A stretch of DNA of 64,000 bases from Clostridia bacterium. GTDB taxonomy: Bacteria > Bacillota > Clostridia > Monoglobales > Monoglobaceae. The notes under the pieces are model-generated. The model ran no database searches and was not told the DNA's origin. It worked only from the letters and a program-made list of their open reading frames with translations. The position numbers were made by a program, and so were the translations under genes. The first letter of the stretch is position 1. Each line of letters begins with the position of its first letter. The DNA is taken from the NCBI GenBank assembly GCA_045649725.1, contig JAZRQL010000053.1, positions 5,149 to 69,148 of the forward strand. Reading direction: 5' to 3'. Shown here one piece after another: positions 58,806 to 64,000 of this stretch.

Positions 58806-61800
58806 ATGAGTGAATATCAGAATTTTGATGCTATTCAAATCGGCCTTGCTTCACCTGAAAAAATCAGAGAATGGTCAAGAGGCGAGGTAAAGAAGCCTGA
58901 AACTATAAATTACAGAACATTAAAGCCGGAAAAGGACGGTCTTTTCTGTGAGCGTATATTTGGTCCACAGAAGGACTGGGAATGTCACTGCGGTAAGTAC
59001 AAGAGAGTACGTTATAAGGGCGTAGTGTGTGACAGATGTGGTGTTGAAGTTACACGTTCAAAGGTTCGTCGTGAACGTATGGGTCATATCGAACTTGCTG
59101 TTCCTGTATCACATATCTGGTACTTCAAGGGTATCCCAAGCAGACTTGGTCTTATCCTTGATATGTCACCACGTGCTCTTGAAAAGGTGCTTTATTTTGC
59201 AGCTTACGTTGTAATTGACCCTGGCAAGACAACACTTGAACAGAACCAGATTTTATCCGAAAAGGAATATAGAGAATATCGCGAAAAGTACGGCGATATG
59301 TTCAAAGCAGGAATGGGTGCTGAAGCTATTCTCGAAATGCTCCAGAATCTTGACCTTGAGAGCCTTTATGAAGAACTTAAGGCAGACCTTGATGGAGCGA
59401 AAGGACAGAAGAAAATCCGTACTGTTCGCAGACTTGAGGTTGTTGAAGCATTCTTACATTCAGGAAACAAGCCTGAATGGATGATTATGACAGTTATTCC
59501 TGTTATTCCACCGGAAATCAGACCTATGGTACAGTTAGACGGTGGCAGATTTGCTACATCTGACTTAAACGATTTGTACCGCAGAGTTATTAACAGAAAC
59601 AACAGATTAAAGCGTCTTTTAGACTTAGATGCTCCTGAAATTATCGTTAGAAACGAAAAGCGTATGCTTCAGGAAGCAGTTGACGCGTTAATAGATAACG
59701 GCAGACGCGGCAGACCTGTTACAGGTTCAGGTAACAGACCACTTAAGTCCCTTTCAGATATGCTTAAGGGTAAGCAGGGTCGTTTCCGTCAGAACCTCTT
59801 GGGTAAGCGTGTTGACTACTCAGGCCGTTCAGTTATCGTTGTAGGACCTGAACTTAAGATTTATCAGTGCGGTCTTCCAAAGAAGATGGCTTTAGAGTTA
59901 TTTAAGCCATTCGTTATGAAGAAGCTCGTATCTGACGGTCTTGCACATAACATTAAGTCAGCTAAGCGTATGGTAGAGAGAGTGCGCCCTGAAGTATGGG
60001 ATGTCCTCGAGGAGGTAATCGAAGATCATCCAGTATTATTAAACCGTGCACCTACCCTTCACAGACTTGGTATTCAGGCATTTGAACCTGTACTTGTTGA
60101 AGGTAAGGCACTTAAGCTTCACCCTCTTGTATGTACTGCGTTTAACGCCGACTTCGACGGTGACCAGATGGCTGTTCACCTTCCTTTATCAAATGAAGCA
60201 CAGGCAGAAGCAAGATTCTTAATGCTTTCTGCAAACAACTTAATCAAGCCTCAGGATGGTAAGCCTGTTACTGTTCCTACACAGGATATGGTTCTTGGTA
60301 GTTACTACTTAACTCTTAAGGACGATACAGAAATCGGTACAGGTAAGTCATTCGGAAGCTATGAAGAAGCTGTTCTTGCGTATGACAATGGAGCAGTTGG
60401 TCTTCATGCACCTATCAAGGTTCGTGTTACAAAGACATTTAACGGCGTAACAAAGACAGGTATGATAGATGCAACAGTAGGTAGACTTATATTCAACGAA
60501 AAAATCCCACAGGATTTAGGTTTTGTTGACAGAACAGATGACGAACACTTCCTCGATCTTGAAATCGGTGATAACGTTCTTAAAAAGCCTGCTGTAAAAG
60601 AAGCTATAAATGATAATGTTGAACCAGGTGTTGACAAGAAGATACTTGGAAAGATTATCAACGCAGCTATAAAGATGCACGGTATTACTGAAACTGCAAC
60701 CTTGCTTGATGATATCAAGGCAATGGGTTACAGATATTCAACAGTTGGTGCGGTAACAGTTTGTGTGGATGATATGCAGATTCCTGAAGCAAAGGCTGGC
60801 TTACTCCAAGAAGCTGAAGAACGTGTTGATAAGGTTATGAAGAAGTTCCGTAGAGGTCTTCTTACAGATGAAGAACGTCATCGTCACGTTATTTCTATCT
60901 GGGGTGAAATTTCAAATAAGGTTACAGACGCCATGATGGGCAACTTAAAGCAGCTTAACCCAATCTATATGATGGCTAACTCCGGTGCCCGTGGTAGCGT
61001 TAACCAGATGCGTCAGCTTGCCGCAATGCGTGGTCTTATGGCGGATACATCAGGTAGAACAATCGAAATTCCTATTCGTTCAAACTTCCGTGAAGGTCTT
61101 ACAGTCCTTGAGTACTTTATTTCTACTCACGGTGCTCGTAAGGGTCTTACCGATACAGCGCTCCGTACAGCCGACTCTGGTTACCTGACCCGTCGTTTGG
61201 TTGACGTATCTCAGGACGTTATCGTACGTGAAGAAGACTGTGGAACAAGAGATGGTATTATCGTTTGCGATATCCGTGATGGTAATGAAATTATCGAACC
61301 ATTAGAAGATCGTCTCGAAGGCAGAACTGTTACTGAAGATATTGTAGATCCTGCTACAGGCGAAGTAATCGTTCCTGAAAACGAAATGATTACAGCTATG
61401 CAGGCAAAGGCAATTATCAAAGCAGGTATCAAGGAAGTTAAGATTCGTTCAGTTGTTAAGTGTCGTAGTAAGGTTGGTGTTTGTGCTAAGTGTTACGGAC
61501 ACAACTTATCAAACGGTACACCTGTTAACGTTGGTGAAGCAGTTGGTATTATCGCCGCTCAGTCAATCGGTGAACCTGGTACACAGCTTACAATGAGAAC
61601 CTTCCACGCCGGCGGTGTCGCAGGTGACGATATCACACAGGGTCTCCCTCGTGTCGAAGAACTTTTCGAAGCAAGAAGACCAAAGGGTGTTGCTATCATA
61701 TCTGAGATTTCAGGTAAGGTTCATATTACAGAAGTTGCCAATAAGCGTGAAATCGTTGTAATGAATCACGAAACAGGTGAATCAGAAACATATATGATTC

Positions 61801-62414
61801 CATTCGGTTCAAGAATCAAGGTTCGTGATGACGAAGAAATTCAGGCTGGTGCACCTCTTACAGAGGGTTCAATCAACCCACACGATATTCTTGCTGTTAT
61901 GGGTGCAACCGCTGTTCAGAACTACTTTATTCAGGAAGTACAGCGCGTTTACAGACTTCAGGGTGTTGATATCAACGATAAGCACATTGAGGTTATTGTT
62001 CGCCAGATGATGCGTAAGGTTAAGGTTGAAGAGGCTGGGGATACCGGCTTACTCACAGGCTCACTTATCAGTATTTATGAGCTTGAAGCAATTAACAACG
62101 AAGTTATTGCACAGGGTAAGAAGCCTGCTGAATTCTCAATTCAGCTTATGGGTATCACAAAGGCAGCTCTTGCTACTGATTCATTCCTTTCTGCTGCATC
62201 CTTCCAGGAAACAACAAGAGTTCTTACAGATGCGGCTATAAAGGGTAAGAAAGACCCACTTATCGGTCTTAAGGAAAATGTTCTTATAGGTAAGCTTATC
62301 CCTGCAGGTACAGGTGTTGATATTTATAACGACATTGAAGTGTACCCTTCTTTTGGTGAAGCCCATGACGAAGAAAGTAATATGTTTGATGAAATATCGA
62401 TTACTATCGGCTAA
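58806..62414 (+). CDS. rpoC: DNA-directed RNA polymerase subunit beta'
   Basis: Zn finger CHCGKYK...CDRCG, catalytic [12 protein letters not shown], and bridge-helix and trigger-loop regions. 1202 aa. Confidence 0.98.
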   Translation: MSEYQNFDAIQIGLASPEKIREWSRGEVKKPETINYRTLKPEKDGLFCERIFGPQKDWECHCGKYKRVRYKGVVCDRCGVEVTRSKVRRERMGHIELAVPVSHIWYFKGIPSRLGLILDMSPRALEKVLYFAAYVVIDPGKTTLEQNQILSEKEYREYREKYGDMFKAGMGAEAILEMLQNLDLESLYEELKADLDGAKGQKKIRTVRRLEVVEAFLHSGNKPEWMIMTVIPVIPPEIRPMVQLDGGRFATSDLNDLYRRVINRNNRLKRLLDLDAPEIIVRNEKRMLQEAVDALIDNGRRGRPVTGSGNRPLKSLSDMLKGKQGRFRQNLLGKRVDYSGRSVIVVGPELKIYQCGLPKKMALELFKPFVMKKLVSDGLAHNIKSAKRMVERVRPEVWDVLEEVIEDHPVLLNRAPTLHRLGIQAFEPVLVEGKALKLHPLVCTAFNADFDGDQMAVHLPLSNEAQAEARFLMLSANNLIKPQDGKPVTVPTQDMVLGSYYLTLKDDTEIGTGKSFGSYEEAVLAYDNGAVGLHAPIKVRVTKTFNGVTKTGMIDATVGRLIFNEKIPQDLGFVDRTDDEHFLDLEIGDNVLKKPAVKEAINDNVEPGVDKKILGKIINAAIKMHGITETATLLDDIKAMGYRYSTVGAVTVCVDDMQIPEAKAGLLQEAEERVDKVMKKFRRGLLTDEERHRHVISIWGEISNKVTDAMMGNLKQLNPIYMMANSGARGSVNQMRQLAAMRGLMADTSGRTIEIPIRSNFREGLTVLEYFISTHGARKGLTDTALRTADSGYLTRRLVDVSQDVIVREEDCGTRDGIIVCDIRDGNEIIEPLEDRLEGRTVTEDIVDPATGEVIVPENEMITAMQAKAIIKAGIKEVKIRSVVKCRSKVGVCAKCYGHNLSNGTPVNVGEAVGIIAAQSIGEPGTQLTMRTFHAGGVAGDDITQGLPRVEELFEARRPKGVAIISEISGKVHITEVANKREIVVMNHETGESETYMIPFGSRIKVRDDEEIQAGAPLTEGSINPHDILAVMGATAVQNYFIQEVQRVYRLQGVDINDKHIEVIVRQMMRKVKVEEAGDTGLLTGSLISIYELEAINNEVIAQGKKPAEFSIQLMGITKAALATDSFLSAASFQETTRVLTDAAIKGKKDPLIGLKENVLIGKLIPAGTGVDIYNDIEVYPSFGEAHDEESNMFDEISITIG

Positions 62415-62424
62415 TGCTTAAATT

Positions 62425-62456
62425 AAGGACTGTATCAGGTTTGATACAGTCCTTTT
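62425..62456 (+). terminator. Rho-independent terminator after rpoC
   Basis: AAGGACTGTATC (62425-62436), a 6-nt loop, GATACAGTCCTT (62443-62454), then TTT. Confidence 0.85.
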
Positions 62457-62480
62457 GTATATTTTAAGGTGGTGCTATTT

Positions 62481-63288
62481 ATGGTAACTAAAAATGATGT
62501 TTTTAAGCTTCTTTCAGAGGTTGGTATAAAAAAAAGATGACAAGGTTGCAGTTCACAGCTCTTTAAGAGCGGTTGGTGAAATCGAAAACGGTGCAGACGG
62601 ACTCCTTGATGCTCTTTGCGAATATTTATCAGAGGGGCTTTTGTTTATTCCAACACATACGTGGAATACTGTAACTCCTGATAATCCTTACTATAACGTA
62701 TCTGAAACTGTTCCTTGTATTGGCGCTTTGCCTACAGTTGCGGCATTTAGAAAAGATAGCGTCAGGTCGCTTCACCCTACTCACTCGGTTGCAGTTTTTG
62801 GTAAGGGCGGAGAGGATTATATTAAATGCGAAAAGGGAAGCAAAACCCCTGCTCCTGTTGGCGGATGGATGACGCAGTTTAACAATGACGGAGGAAAGAT
62901 TTTATTGCTTGGGGTAGGGCAGAATAAGAATACATTTATTCATTCTGCAGAAGAGAGAATAAACGTTCCTGACAGAATAAATCATATTAGTTTTGATATA
63001 ACAGTTACGGATAGAAATGGCGAAGTATCTGTTATAAAAGGCTATAGCGCACATCACACAGAAGCATTAAACGGAGAAAGCTGTTCTGTATATTATCCCA
63101 ACTACGAAAAGCCTTTTGCGGATCTTGGTGCCATTACATATTCAAGGCTTGGAAATGCAAAGGTTACTTGCTGTGATGCAAGAAAGATAACAAAGATAAT
63201 AGAAGAAATGTGGAAGAAGACAGACAGGGATTTATGTATATCAAATGATGAAATTCCTGAAGAATATTATAAGGATATAAAGTTTTAG
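62481..63288 (+). pseudogene. AAC(3)-family (YokD-like) aminoglycoside N-acetyltransferase gene interrupted by a +1 frameshift in an A8 tract
   Basis: The ATG at 62481 behind an AAGGTGG RBS gives MVTKNDVFKLLSEVGIKKR and a stop at 62538-62540. The family continuation DDKVAVHSSLRAVGEIENGADGLLDAL...FIPTHTW runs in the +1 frame from 62536 to 63288. The shift maps to A8 at 62528-62535. Confidence 0.8.
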
Positions 63289-63292
63289 ACAC

Positions 63293-63322
63293 TTGACAGA
63301 ATAAGTAGAAAAGCTATATAAT
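63293..63322 (+). promoter_or_regulatory. Candidate SigA-type promoter upstream of the phosphofructokinase gene
   Basis: TTGACA (63293-63298), an 18-nt spacer, then TATAAT (63317-63322). Confidence 0.5.
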
Positions 63323-63357
63323 TAACAGAGAATAAATTATATTTACAGGAGATTGTT

Positions 63358-64000
63358 ATGGGAAACATTATAATTGGTCAGTCAGGCGGTCCTACTGCTG
63401 CTATAAATTCAAGCCTTGCAGGTGCTTTTTGCGAGGGTAAAAGATATGAGAACACAAAGGTTTATGGTATGATAGGCGGTGTTCAGGGCTTTATAGAGGG
63501 AAGATACGTTGATTTAGACGAATATTTAAAGTCTGAAGAAGACGTTAATATCTTAAAGCAGACACCATCATCTGCTCTTGGAAGTTGTCGATATAAGCTT
63601 CCTAAAGATGATGATTCAGTATATGAAATCATTTTTAAAAGACTTAAAGAACTTAATATAGAGTGCTTTGTTTATATCGGCGGAAATGATTCTATGGATA
63701 CAATTTCAAAGTTATCTGACTATGCCGAAAAGGTAAAGAGCGATATTAAGTTTATCGGTGTGCCTAAAACTGTTGATAACGATTTAGCAAGCACAGACCA
63801 TACACCGGGATACGGAAGTGCGGCAAAGTACATAGCAACAACAGTTAAAGAAGTAATCTGCGATAGCTCTGTATATGATTTAAAGTCTATTACTGTTATT
63901 GAGATTATGGGCAGAAACGCAGGTTGGCTTGCAGCGGCAAGTGCTCTTGCTAAAGGTGATGACTGTGTTGGGGTTGATATGATATATCTCCCTGAAAGAC
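63358..64000 (+). CDS. 6-phosphofructokinase family protein, PPi-type signature, 3'-truncated by the window
   Basis: GQSGGPTAAIN N-terminus, GGNDSMDT, PKTVDNDL (Lys as in PPi-dependent enzymes) and MGRNAGWLA. AGGAG RBS. The frame stays open to the window end. Confidence 0.88.
   Translation, partial: MGNIIIGQSGGPTAAINSSLAGAFCEGKRYENTKVYGMIGGVQGFIEGRYVDLDEYLKSEEDVNILKQTPSSALGSCRYKLPKDDDSVYEIIFKRLKELNIECFVYIGGNDSMDTISKLSDYAEKVKSDIKFIGVPKTVDNDLASTDHTPGYGSAAKYIATTVKEVICDSSVYDLKSITVIEIMGRNAGWLAAASALAKGDDCVGVDMIYLPER

Noticed and set aside
1-64000. Scanned intergenic regions on both strands for tRNA, rRNA, tmRNA, CRISPR arrays, transposase or integrase genes, toxin-antitoxin pairs and defence-system signatures.
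   Set aside because: None found. Every ORF longer than 150 codons has a housekeeping-type assignment, and no spacer or direct-repeat array architecture is present.

Overview
This window looks like chromosomal core DNA of a low-GC, spore-forming Firmicute, probably a Clostridia-type organism. Evidence for that is spoIID-like and spoIIP genes, an SLH-anchored wall protein, and Bacillus/Clostridium-type gene orders such as phoH-ybeY-era-yqzL-recO, comEC-holA, mltG-yrrM, recJ-relA, cinA-recA-recX and plsX-acpP-rnc. I can support about 57 protein-coding genes, nearly all housekeeping: queuosine tRNA modification, the lysine/DAP branch, MurT/GatD, DNA repair, the stringent response, lipid synthesis and rpoBC. 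I found no rRNA, tRNA, CRISPR array, prophage, transposase or recognisable defence or biosynthetic cluster, and no convincing novel multi-gene system. The unusual content is mostly non-coding. (1) An AT-rich palindromic intergenic repeat of about 100-127 bp occurs four times. It has heptamer-repeat arms and nested mini-hairpins, two copies bracket a tagA-like gene, and two copies supply the stop codon of the upstream gene. (2) A roughly 180-nt GC-rich insert closed by a perfect 13-bp inverted repeat splits the cysteine desulfurase-thiI pair. A collinear shorter relative lies at 21208-21260, and another GC-rich structured spacer lies at 26277-26463. (3) An AAC(3)-like acetyltransferase gene is broken by a +1 frameshift in an A8 tract. 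(4) RpoB carries a 99-residue polyanionic C-terminal tail. (5) rpoBC is detached from the ribosomal-protein operons that usually flank it. Protein calls rest on motifs I could read in the translations. All RNA and repeat interpretations are hypotheses that need a search or fold I cannot run here.
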